A stretch of DNA of 58,990 nucleotides, filler included. It is 6 parts of 6 records of this genome, joined end to end, with 100 filler letters (N's around TTAATTAATTAA, not from the genome) between each part and the next. Parts side by side here need not be neighbours in the genome. Positions count along the whole stretch, not along the records: positions 43,515 to 58,990 come from SRR31156797_5521; 5 more parts are not named here. One strand, written 5' to 3'. The translations under genes were made by a program, and so were the position numbers. The notes beneath the pieces were generated by a model, which was not told the origin of the DNA, did not search any database, and was given only the letters and a program-made list of their open reading frames with translations. Below, in pieces: positions 48,281 to 57,425 of the stretch. Each line of letters starts with the position of its first letter. Within the stretch, counting starts at the first letter, position 1.

Positions 48281-50188
48281 ATGGCTAAAAAACGATCCAA
48301 AAATAAACAACCTGTCCAAACCAAACAGCCGATAAACCTTTACATTTTCATGGGTTTAATGATCATCCTGTTGCCATTACTATTTAGTCAAAAAACCATG
48401 GAACCGGTTTTGGGAATTCGTATGCTTGCCTGGAATATTTTCACGATCGTATTGCTGGTTCCGCTGGTGTTTGGGTTCATGGAAAAAAAACTTGATTTCG
48501 GGTTTTTGCGCCAGCATCTTTTCAAGGTATTTACCATTTACTTTTTTGTGGTTATCCTTTCGATGTTCTGGGCCATAAATCCGGCTGAATCGAATTACGA
48601 CATATCCAAAACACTCTTTTCGCTGATTACACTTGTTACAGCCACGGCTCTGTTTATTAAATACAACAACTTCAAAGCATTGATCGCCAAAGGATTTATT
48701 GTGAGTACAATTATTGCCGGCGTGTTTGGAATTTTTCAATACCTGCGGATTTCGCCGGTGCAATCGGAAGCTGAAATGTTTTCGACATTGTATGAAATTG
48801 GCGGAATAATGGGGCATAAAAACCAGTTTGCCATTTCGTTGTTTCTGCTGCTGCCATTTGTTATTTATGGTATTTACAGTTTTCGGAAAACATGGTTTTA
48901 TCTGAGCATTATTGCGGTATTGTTTATTATGATGAATATCGTCCTGTTGCAAACCAGGTCGGTTTGGGTATCTACAGCAATTTTTATTGGAATGTCAGCT
49001 GTTCTGATGTTTTTTGAGCACCGTGGCAAGGGTGTGGGTTTGAAACAGGCCTGGTACAGGAATCCTTTTGTAGTAGCTGCTTCATCTTTTGTGTTGATTG
49101 CAATTATTGCGTTTGCTCTGCAATCAGAAGAAACCCGCGGGGTATTTAGCTATAAGATAAGCAGTTTGTTAAGGATTGACTCCCACGATAACCGGGGCCG
49201 TCTTGAAATCTGGGAGTCCACTTATGATATGATCGCAGAACGGCCTGTTACCGGCGTTGGAGCAGGCAACTGGAAAATCAATATTCCGGCATATATCGCA
49301 CAAACACATGGGCAGAGTTATAAAAACTGGAATCAGCCACATAACGATTTTCTCTGGGTGTTGAGCGAAAAAGGAATTCCGGGCTTACTTGCCTACATCG
49401 CCATTTTTATTTTTGTGTTTTACTACGGATTTAAACTGATCAGGCAACCCCAATCAAAGCGGCAGTTTGTTTTTTATATGCTCATTTTATCGGCGCTTAT
49501 TGGATATCTTTCCCTTGCCATGGTTTCATTTCCTTACGACCGGGTAAACCACCAGGTAGTGCTGATGATCATGTTTGCTTCCATAGCGGCAGGTTATCAT
49601 GGAATGCAGGAAAGGATTATCCGGATTTCAAATAAAATGATGTACTCCATTTTTGGCGTTATGGCTGTATTGCTGATTGTTTCGATGGTTTATAATTTCC
49701 GTGCATGGAATACCAGGAAAAACGTTTGGATGGTTTATGCTGCCATCGATAAAAACAATCCAAATGCTGTTATCAAGTATGCTACAGATGCCATCAATCC
49801 GTGGCTAACTTTGGATGAACAAACCTCACCAATATACAAACACAGGGGAACAGCCTTGTCAATGCTGAACCGCCATGCGGATGCGCTTAAAGATTTGCAA
49901 AAAGCACTTGAAGATCATCCAAATCATGTGAACACACTGATTAATATTGCTACCATTTATGCACGTGAAAAACAGTACGATCAGGCCATTAAATATTTTA
50001 AGCAGGCCATGGTATTGTTTCCGAAAAATCAGCCCACCATCAAAAGCTTATCAAGGTTATATTATGAATTAGGTGACTGGGAAATGGCTTATGCTACTAT
50101 CCTGAAATACGATAACAACGAACCTAATCCCCAGATTGAAAACTATACCAAGACGTTAAAGGAAAAACTCAATACTTCCGGAGAGTAA
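48281..50188 (+). CDS. O-antigen ligase family protein with C-terminal TPR
   Basis: Multi-TM, GHKN, TRS, R-EIW, GVGAGNW, PHNDFL--L-E-G; TPR-like tail. Confidence 0.88.
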   Translation: MAKKRSKNKQPVQTKQPINLYIFMGLMIILLPLLFSQKTMEPVLGIRMLAWNIFTIVLLVPLVFGFMEKKLDFGFLRQHLFKVFTIYFFVVILSMFWAINPAESNYDISKTLFSLITLVTATALFIKYNNFKALIAKGFIVSTIIAGVFGIFQYLRISPVQSEAEMFSTLYEIGGIMGHKNQFAISLFLLLPFVIYGIYSFRKTWFYLSIIAVLFIMMNIVLLQTRSVWVSTAIFIGMSAVLMFFEHRGKGVGLKQAWYRNPFVVAASSFVLIAIIAFALQSEETRGVFSYKISSLLRIDSHDNRGRLEIWESTYDMIAERPVTGVGAGNWKINIPAYIAQTHGQSYKNWNQPHNDFLWVLSEKGIPGLLAYIAIFIFVFYYGFKLIRQPQSKRQFVFYMLILSALIGYLSLAMVSFPYDRVNHQVVLMIMFASIAAGYHGMQERIIRISNKMMYSIFGVMAVLLIVSMVYNFRAWNTRKNVWMVYAAIDKNNPNAVIKYATDAINPWLTLDEQTSPIYKHRGTALSMLNRHADALKDLQKALEDHPNHVNTLINIATIYAREKQYDQAIKYFKQAMVLFPKNQPTIKSLSRLYYELGDWEMAYATILKYDNNEPNPQIENYTKTLKEKLNTSGE

Positions 50189-50359
50189 AATGCGTCTTTC
50201 AGACGAATATCTTAAGCCGGGCTTCAATTTCCCCTATTTATTTTCAATAAAAATTAGTCTTTTCAGGTACAAAGTCCTATGTGTTTGCATCGAATAACTA
50301 TTTTTGTTTGTTCAATTAAACTAACTGAAATAGTCATTCAATTCATCAAATAAATAGTT

Positions 50360-51352
50360 ATGGCAGACCTGAGTACCAACTACATGGGCTTTAAACTAAG
50401 AAACCCCATTATTGCCGGGAGTTCCGGGCTGAACAAAACCGTTGATAATTTAATTAAACTCGAAAAAAGTGGTGCTGCTGCAGTTGTGCTGAAGTCCCTT
50501 TTTGAAGAGCAGATCATGCATGAGGTGTCGAAAACAATGATACACTCCGAGAATGCGGAGTCGTATGCTTATCCCGAAGCCCAGGATTACATTGGCAACT
50601 ACACCCGCGAAAAAGACCTTGGTGAATATCTCAGGCTTATCGAAGACGGTAAGAAATCTGTTACCATTCCGATTATTGCAAGTATCAACTGCATTTCATC
50701 AGCCGAGTGGACCAGCTTTGCCCAAAAAATTGAAAATGCAGGTGCCGACGGCATTGAGTTGAATATTTTCATTTTGCCTTCCGATACCAAAAGGGATTCC
50801 GAACAAAATGAGCAGGTTTATTTTGATATCGTGATGGAGGTGATGCGTCAGGTTTCCATTCCTGTAGCCGTAAAAATCAGCTACTATTTCAGCAGCCTGG
50901 CAAAAACCACTTTAAAGCTTTCCTGGACAGGAATAGCTGGTATGGTCCTTTTCAACAGGTTTTTCTCTCCAGATATCGACATTGATAAATTTGAAGTGAC
51001 ACCAACACACGTATTCAGCTCACCTGAAGAAATAGCTACCTCACTGCGCTGGGTTGCCATGCTTTCGGATAAGTTGCATTGTGATATTGCCGCTTCAACA
51101 GGGGTGCACGATGGAGAAGGGGTTGTGAAACAACTACTTGCCGGAGCTAAGGCCGTTCAGGTAGCTTCAACGCTTTACAAAAATGGTTTTGAGCAGATTG
51201 GAAAAATGACCGGTTTTCTTGAAAACTGGATGGATAAACACAAATTTGCCACTACCGAAGATTTTATCGGTAAACTCAGCCTGAAGGCGGCAGAAAATGC
51301 TGCATCATACGAGCGTGTTCAGTTTATGAAGCATTTTTCGGGGATTGAGTAA
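50360..51352 (+). CDS. dihydroorotate dehydrogenase-like flavoprotein
   Basis: LRNPIIAGSS, VLKSLFEEQI, IELNI, VLFNRF, STGVH, LLAGA-AVQ. Confidence 0.88.
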   Translation: MADLSTNYMGFKLRNPIIAGSSGLNKTVDNLIKLEKSGAAAVVLKSLFEEQIMHEVSKTMIHSENAESYAYPEAQDYIGNYTREKDLGEYLRLIEDGKKSVTIPIIASINCISSAEWTSFAQKIENAGADGIELNIFILPSDTKRDSEQNEQVYFDIVMEVMRQVSIPVAVKISYYFSSLAKTTLKLSWTGIAGMVLFNRFFSPDIDIDKFEVTPTHVFSSPEEIATSLRWVAMLSDKLHCDIAASTGVHDGEGVVKQLLAGAKAVQVASTLYKNGFEQIGKMTGFLENWMDKHKFATTEDFIGKLSLKAAENAASYERVQFMKHFSGIE

Positions 51353-51503
51353 AGCCTCACTTCCTTCGGCGTCTTTGGTTATCGCTGCGCTCGAACGTAA
51401 TTTGTTTCCCGTTGGACAGCGTAGTTTGAATTCGCTTCGCTCATGCGTCAGTTACCTCGCTTCGCTCGGTGTCATTGGTTCACGCTTCGCACGAACGTAA
51501 TTT
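51353..51503. repeat. degenerate ~24-bp tandem repeat with CGCTTCGCTC core
   Basis: Units such as ggttatcgctgcgctcgaacgtaattt, gaattcgcttcgctcatgcgtcagtt, acctcgcttcgctcggtgtcatt, ggttcacgcttcgcacgaacgtaattt. Confidence 0.7.
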
Positions 51504-51513
51504 TACTTCCTCA

Positions 51514-51537
51514 AACCTTCCAACCTTCCAACCTTCC
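51514..51537. repeat. 8-bp tandem repeat (AACCTTCC)x3
   Basis: Three exact copies. Confidence 0.85.
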
Positions 51538-51607
51538 ATTACTCCATTCCTCTCACTCTCTACCAATAAATCTTCCAAAACCTCTTTAAAACACCCTTCC
51601 TCTTTTC

Positions 51608-52231
51608 CTAAACTAAAATAGGCCTGCGCTTTGGAGATTTAAAAAAATCCCTGAACTCAGGCGGGCCAGTGAGATACTTACCCGTAAAGTCGTCAATTTC
51701 ATCCAGGGTTTTATCCGATAATAAATCCGAAACATCATCCATGGCTCCGGCACCAATCATGAAAGGAGCCATGTTGGGGTTGATGTAACTGCCATTAAAC
51801 TGGCCTACAATCTGGTACTCATCCAGTTCTGTAACCGACTTTCCGGTGATTGAGCATTTCGAAAGATGTTCCTGGATATCCCTCTCCGATGCTAAATTGA
51901 TTGTTTTCTGCTGTTCAAGATTGTCCTGCACATTTTCTTTGAAAAATCTTTCCAGGTTTTCTTTGGATTCTTTGGAGTAACTCTGCGTGAGCTTCATGGC
52001 ACAATCGAAACAAATGGCATATTCGAAGTGGGCTTCAATTTTTCCGCTGGCAATATTTTTCCGAAATACCTTTTCGATGATGTAATTGGAATTGGTGTCG
52101 AGCAGCTGTTTTTGACAAACCTGACAGACTTTAAATGGTTTCCCGCTGATGGAGTCGAAAAATAATGACGGGATTTCGATACCGCGATTGTTGTAGTGAA
52201 GATTCTGGTTTTCCATGATTGTCGAGTTCAA
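51608..52231 (-). CDS. hypothetical protein with CxxC motifs
   Basis: CQVC, EYAICFDCA, CSITG; start uncertain (MENQ likely). Confidence 0.7.
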   Translation of the reverse strand: MNSTIMENQNLHYNNRGIEIPSLFFDSISGKPFKVCQVCQKQLLDTNSNYIIEKVFRKNIASGKIEAHFEYAICFDCAMKLTQSYSKESKENLERFFKENVQDNLEQQKTINLASERDIQEHLSKCSITGKSVTELDEYQIVGQFNGSYINPNMAPFMIGAGAMDDVSDLLSDKTLDEIDDFTGKYLTGPPEFRDFFKSPKRRPILV

Positions 52232-52265
52232 TAAAATTCAAAAGTACAAAGTTTTTGAGTAACCT

Positions 52266-52346
52266 TTGAGATTTGATCGGTGAGCGGTGAGTTTGCCTCG
52301 CCGGGGATGGATTTTGAGTAGTGAGCGGCGAGAAGTGAGTGTGAGG
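52266..52346. repeat. degenerate 7-bp repeats (GTGAGCG-like)
   Basis: ttgagat ttgatcg gtgagcg gtgagtt ... ttgagta gtgagcg gcgagaa gtgagt. Confidence 0.55.
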
Positions 52347-52416
52347 TTTATATCAACAACGCAATACAGGAACGGGTAAAATTGACTTATTTTGCAAATT
52401 AGATAAGGCTGAATTT

Positions 52417-53298
52417 ATGCATATTTCCATCGATCAAAAAGCTGGGTTTTGTACAGGAGTAAAACGGGCTATCGGGAGAGCTGAGAAGGAACTTGCAGCA
52501 TCCGGATCGCTTTATTGCCTGGGTCAGATAGTGCATAACGAGGAGGAGGAACACCGGCTAAAGACTATGGGGTTAAAGGTGATCGATCAAAATCAGTTTA
52601 AATCTCTTAAAAATGTGAAAGTGTTGATTCGCGCCCATGGTGAACCTCCTGAAACTTACCGGGTAGCCCGCGAAAATAACATTGTATTGATAGATGCAAC
52701 CTGCCCGGTGGTATTGAATTTGCAGCAAAAAGTTAAAAACACTTACCAGGCCGGGAAAGCTGATAAAACACAAATGGTGATCTATGGCAGGGAAAATCAC
52801 CCAGAAGTAATCGGGCTGAATGGCCAGATTGATTTTGAAGCCGTTGTGGTGGAAAAACCTGAAGATGTGGAGAAAATTGATTTTTCCAGACCAGTGAGTT
52901 TGTTTGCACAGACCACCCAAAATAAATCGGTTTATAATCAGATTATCCGCAGCATCGAAGATCAAAAAACAAAGCTCGAAACAGTCGGGGACTTACACTT
53001 TTCGGCCAGCAACAGTATTTGCGGACAAGTAAGTAACCGGGATGAAAACCTGAAGGTGTTCGCCAGGAAAAATGATGTGGTGATTTTTGTGGGTGGTGAG
53101 CATTCATCCAACGGGCATTACCTTTTTTCGATATGCAAAAATGAAAACTCCAACTCATATTATATTGGCGCCCCGGATCAGATTGATGACGTTTGGTTCA
53201 ATAAAAATACCAGGGTTGGTATTACCGGCGCAACTTCCACACCCGAGTGGCTCTTGAAAAGCACGGCTTCGGCCATTGCAAAACTAACCCGAAAATAA
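52417..53298 (+). CDS. ispH: 4-hydroxy-3-methylbut-2-enyl diphosphate reductase
   Basis: GFCTGV-RA, IVHN, RAHG, DATCP, HPEV, QTT, IC, SSN, GATSTP. Confidence 0.96.
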   Translation: MHISIDQKAGFCTGVKRAIGRAEKELAASGSLYCLGQIVHNEEEEHRLKTMGLKVIDQNQFKSLKNVKVLIRAHGEPPETYRVARENNIVLIDATCPVVLNLQQKVKNTYQAGKADKTQMVIYGRENHPEVIGLNGQIDFEAVVVEKPEDVEKIDFSRPVSLFAQTTQNKSVYNQIIRSIEDQKTKLETVGDLHFSASNSICGQVSNRDENLKVFARKNDVVIFVGGEHSSNGHYLFSICKNENSNSYYIGAPDQIDDVWFNKNTRVGITGATSTPEWLLKSTASAIAKLTRK

Positions 53299-53310
53299 AC
53301 AGAAAAGCTG

Positions 53311-54438
53311 ATGTATCTGAAGGAACTACAACTGTTTAACTTTAAGAATCTATCCAACGCGGATTTTGATTTCTCTGCGCGCATCAACTGTTTCATCGGA
53401 AATAATGCTGCCGGAAAAACCAATATTCTCGATTCGATTTATTACCTGTCGTTTTGCAAAAGTTATTTCAATGCCATCGATTCCCAAAACATCAAACACG
53501 GCGAGCCCTATTTTTCTGTTTTGGGAAAATATGATGTTAATGGTGATAAAACGGATAAAATACAATGTGTGCAAAAGCGAAATCAGAAAAAGAGTTTTAA
53601 GCTGAATACCAAGGAATACGATCGCCTTTCTGACCATATCGGATTGTATCCGCTGGTGATGATTTCGCCATACGACCGCGACCTGATCAACGAAGGCAGC
53701 GATGTGCGCCGCCGGTTTATCGACAGTGTGATTTCACAGTTCGACAGGCTTTACCTGGACAATCTGATCAACTACAACAAGGTGCTCATGCAGCGAAATG
53801 CGCTACTAAAATCCTTTGCTGACAGGAAAAATTTTGACCGGGAATCGCTCGAAATCTGGGACAAACAGTTGGTCGACCTGGCCGGTAGAATCTTTCCGGT
53901 TCGTCAAAAATTTCTTGAAGATTACATTCCAGTTTTTAACCGCTACTTCGAAATGATTTCAGGTGGCAGCGAAACCGTGCATATCGAATATCAGTCGCAA
54001 CTCTTTGGCCACAGCATGGATGAGTTGCTTGCAGTTTCGTTGGATAAGGACAGGGTTCTGAAATACACCACAGTTGGTATCCATAAAGATGACCTGAACT
54101 TTACCATTTTAGGACACCCTGTGAAAAAATTTGGGTCGCAGGGACAACAAAAATCGTTTATCATTGCCTTGCGCCTGGCGCAATACGAATACATCAAAAA
54201 TCTGAAAGGATATAAACCGATCCTGCTGCTCGATGATATTTTTGATAAACTCGACGACAGCCGTGTGGAGCAGCTCATTCAGCTTGCCAGCGAAGACACC
54301 TTTGGGCAGGTATTTATCACAGACACCCAGCGAGAGCGCATTGAACACCTGCTTGAAAAAGTGCAGGCCGATCATAAGATTTATCGCGTTTCGGCAGGAA
54401 GTGTAGAAGAAGTAAAAGCAAAATTCAACGGAAAATAA
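53311..54438 (+). CDS. recF: DNA replication and repair protein RecF
   Basis: NFKN, GNNAAGKTN, RRRFID, GIHKDDL, GSQGQQK, LLLDD. Confidence 0.96.
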   Translation: MYLKELQLFNFKNLSNADFDFSARINCFIGNNAAGKTNILDSIYYLSFCKSYFNAIDSQNIKHGEPYFSVLGKYDVNGDKTDKIQCVQKRNQKKSFKLNTKEYDRLSDHIGLYPLVMISPYDRDLINEGSDVRRRFIDSVISQFDRLYLDNLINYNKVLMQRNALLKSFADRKNFDRESLEIWDKQLVDLAGRIFPVRQKFLEDYIPVFNRYFEMISGGSETVHIEYQSQLFGHSMDELLAVSLDKDRVLKYTTVGIHKDDLNFTILGHPVKKFGSQGQQKSFIIALRLAQYEYIKNLKGYKPILLLDDIFDKLDDSRVEQLIQLASEDTFGQVFITDTQRERIEHLLEKVQADHKIYRVSAGSVEEVKAKFNGK

Positions 54439-54734
54439 TGGGATACTACGATCGTAATGTAACCAGTGTGGGAGAGGCTATTAAGGAGTTTTTAAAACGG
54501 AATCGTCTTGACCGTGGCCATACCGAAGCAATCCTGATCAGCAAATGGGAAAAGGTGGTGGGCGAAATGATTGCACGGCACACCACGAATATGAACATTT
54601 ATAAACGAACACTTTACGTGCAACTCGATTCTGCCGCCCTGCGCAACGAGCTCACCTATGCCCGCGAAAAAATCCGTAAAGCTCTCAACCGTGAAGCCGG
54701 CGAGGAGGTGATTGATGAGATTGTTTTTAGGTAG
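54438..54734 (+). CDS. DUF721/DciA family protein
   Basis: W--VVG--IA-HT, S--LRNEL; directly after recF. Confidence 0.85.
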   Translation: MGYYDRNVTSVGEAIKEFLKRNRLDRGHTEAILISKWEKVVGEMIARHTTNMNIYKRTLYVQLDSAALRNELTYAREKIRKALNREAGEEVIDEIVFR

Positions 54735-54822
54735 CTAATGATCACGGCATAACGTTAAATTCACGTTACAGATATGTTCATTATCAGGATTAATATTTAT
54801 TTTTGATTTTCAAATTGTAAAC

Positions 54823-55131
54823 ATGCATCAGATTATCGAAAATAATAAAACCAGACTTATCGAGCTTTGTAAAAAGTATGATGTACAGTCGATGTATGTA
54901 TTTGGATCTGCTGCGTTTGGTGATTTTAGCGAGAGAAGCGATATTGATATTCTGGTGTCATTTAAAAAAGATATTTCTATTGAACAGTATACGGATAACT
55001 ACTTTGACCTCTATTATCAATTGAGAGCACTTTTTAGTAAAAAGGTCGACCTGGTTACAGAAAATTCCCTATCCAATCCCTACTTCATCAAAAGTATTGA
55101 TGAAACCAAAAAACTGCTTTATGCCGCATAG
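54823..55131 (+). CDS. MNT minimal nucleotidyltransferase (MntA-type antitoxin)
   Basis: YVFGS...SDIDILV, KVDLVT; 102 aa. Confidence 0.88.
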   Translation: MHQIIENNKTRLIELCKKYDVQSMYVFGSAAFGDFSERSDIDILVSFKKDISIEQYTDNYFDLYYQLRALFSKKVDLVTENSLSNPYFIKSIDETKKLLYAA

Positions 55132-55153
55132 CATCGAAAAGCACAATGATTGA
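55121..55153 (+). pseudogene. possible 10-codon stub of the cognate HEPN toxin gene
   Basis: ATG overlapping the MNT 3' end gives MPHSIEKHND*; position typical of hepT but no coding space remains. Confidence 0.3.
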
Positions 55154-55187
55154 ATTTTACGGTTTTTGTTTTTCAAACCTATGCTAA

Positions 55188-57416
55188 CTAAAACCCAACC
55201 CTCAAACTCACAAAATAATTCCTCGGCGTTCCCGGGTAATAATACCTGGGCAAGTTCCCGCCGAAAGATGGTGCATTTACAAGGATCATGGAGGCGTAAT
55301 GTGCATCAAAAACATTTCGGATTCCAAAACTTAAATCTACATTTACCTGTCCCAAATTTTTCACAAATCCAGCTTTGAAGTTGGCCAGGTTAAAAGCTCC
55401 GTAACTTTTGTCGTTAGAATCATTCATGTATTGTTTACGCGTAAATTGATACTGAGGGATGAGGTAAAACCCAAACTTTGAATCGATCGTTGCAGATGCC
55501 CAAATGGTTTGTTGCGGAATTCCGGGCAGGGTATTTCCTGAGTATTCCACGCCATCATCCACAAAATCAGTAAATTTCGCTTCAATGAAATTGTAACTAA
55601 AATCGACAGATACAGGAAATTTGCTGTTGGCGTCAGTGAACAAGAATTTTGAACTGATTTCAATTCCCAAATGTTTTGTTTTGCCTGCATTGGCGCCATA
55701 AAAAATGTCTTCGGTTTCGCGTTTGGTGACCAGTAAATTCTGTGCCCACAACCGATAAACACAGGCATCGACAAATACCCGCTTATTTTCGCTTTCGAGC
55801 CTGAGTCCTGCTTCGGCATTTATTCCTGTTTCAGGTTTCAGGTCGGGATTGATGCTGCCTTCGGGCAATAGAGTTTCTTCAACCGAAGGAGCCGAAAATC
55901 CATGGCTGACTGAGCCATACATGCGTACACCAGGCAACAGCTGAAAGTTAAAACCGATGAAGGGCGAATACACCAGATCATAGCTGTAATCTCCGGATAG
56001 ATCTCTGGAATCATCAAACTGATCCTCGAGGCTATATTTTAAAGTATTCAGGCTGATGCCGGCCTCAATTACTGTGCTATTGAGGAACTTATACTGCCCA
56101 TTCAGGAAAACGGAAAGAGGGGTTCGTTTTTCTGAAAATTGATTTAGCAGATTGCCTTGCACACCCTGCCGGGTTTCATAATTTTTCCATGCGTAATTTT
56201 CCAGCATGCTTTCGAAACCCGCCTGTATTTTTAACGCTGAAAACTGCAGGGTAGTGATGTTTCGGATGCCCCACGAAAATGCTTCATCATCAAGGATGTT
56301 AAATGGGCGTGATTCGTATCCGTCATAAATCTGAAAAAACAAATGGGTGGAGTTGGTGATTTTTTCGTTGAATTTATGCCTGTATTTTAAGCCTGCAATA
56401 TATTTGCTGTAATCTTCAAAGCCTTGAACCGCTTGCCAGTTGGGAGCTGCCATTTCCGGTGCGTTCTCAAAATCCTCCTCATTCAACGAACTGGGGATTT
56501 GGGCTCTTGTGTTGATGGCCAGCAGTGTGAAATCCAATTGGCTTTTTGCATCTGCAAATCCGGCATTCAGCGTAAAATTCTGCCGCGTGTATTCACTGTT
56601 TTCGCGCCATCCACCCGAAATCGCACTGGCATAATTCCCACCGGCATAATATCCATTTTTCCAGTATTGGATGCCGGCTTCGTATGTCAGGGTTTGGTAT
56701 GATCCGGCGCTGATTCCGCCATAGCCATGCAGGCCGTTTTTGTAGGTGGGCTTGTTCAAAATAATTACACCGCCAAGTCCTGATCCGTAAAGCGCAGATT
56801 TTGATCCTTTCAAAACTTCAATGGAGCCAATGATCGAGGCGTTGATATCCTCGATTTCTGTATTTCCATCTCCCGTGGTGAGCGGAATCCCATTGTAGTA
56901 TGCTTTGATGCGGTTTGTGTTGTAGGGTGTTCGCGACCCGATGCCCCTGATGGTAATCCGGTTGGTATTTAATGTGCCGCTGTGGGCATAAATTCCCGGA
57001 ACCCGGTTCAGATGCTCCGTGTAGGAAATCGTGTTGATGTTTTGTTTATCCAGCTCACTGATGTAACCCACGGCTGACGGCATCTGCATCACCGGGAATT
57101 CATTTAAATTTCCACGGATAATGACTTGTTCGATAAGCTGTGCTTCAGGTTTGAGTTGAACAATGATTTCACCAATATCTTGAGCGATAAACAGTGTGTC
57201 TGAAAAATATCCAATGTGCGAAACAACCAACTGTGTAGCCGGCTTTTTAAGTTCGAACCGGCCATCAGGCCCGGATGTGGTATTCTCACTATCAGCCAGA
57301 ATGTGTGCACCTGTAAGCGGATTGAAGGTTTCTATATCCACAACTTTACCCCGAATCTGGGCAACAGCCGGTTGGAAAAAGAACAGAAGGATAAGAAAAA
57401 GCAAGGAGTTTCTCAT
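55188..57416 (-). CDS. TonB-dependent receptor
   Basis: Signal peptide, carboxypeptidase-regulatory-like N-domain, plug (RITIRGIGSR, IEVLKG--SALYG), LKPE, N-FD, C-terminal Phe. Confidence 0.93.
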   Translation of the reverse strand: MRNSLLFLILLFFFQPAVAQIRGKVVDIETFNPLTGAHILADSENTTSGPDGRFELKKPATQLVVSHIGYFSDTLFIAQDIGEIIVQLKPEAQLIEQVIIRGNLNEFPVMQMPSAVGYISELDKQNINTISYTEHLNRVPGIYAHSGTLNTNRITIRGIGSRTPYNTNRIKAYYNGIPLTTGDGNTEIEDINASIIGSIEVLKGSKSALYGSGLGGVIILNKPTYKNGLHGYGGISAGSYQTLTYEAGIQYWKNGYYAGGNYASAISGGWRENSEYTRQNFTLNAGFADAKSQLDFTLLAINTRAQIPSSLNEEDFENAPEMAAPNWQAVQGFEDYSKYIAGLKYRHKFNEKITNSTHLFFQIYDGYESRPFNILDDEAFSWGIRNITTLQFSALKIQAGFESMLENYAWKNYETRQGVQGNLLNQFSEKRTPLSVFLNGQYKFLNSTVIEAGISLNTLKYSLEDQFDDSRDLSGDYSYDLVYSPFIGFNFQLLPGVRMYGSVSHGFSAPSVEETLLPEGSINPDLKPETGINAEAGLRLESENKRVFVDACVYRLWAQNLLVTKRETEDIFYGANAGKTKHLGIEISSKFLFTDANSKFPVSVDFSYNFIEAKFTDFVDDGVEYSGNTLPGIPQQTIWASATIDSKFGFYLIPQYQFTRKQYMNDSNDKSYGAFNLANFKAGFVKNLGQVNVDLSFGIRNVFDAHYASMILVNAPSFGGNLPRYYYPGTPRNYFVSLRVGF

Positions 57417-57425
57417 AAACCGGGT

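Noticed and set aside
51353-51503. CRISPR array
   Set aside because: Units are degenerate and contiguous, with no unique spacers and no cas genes nearby.
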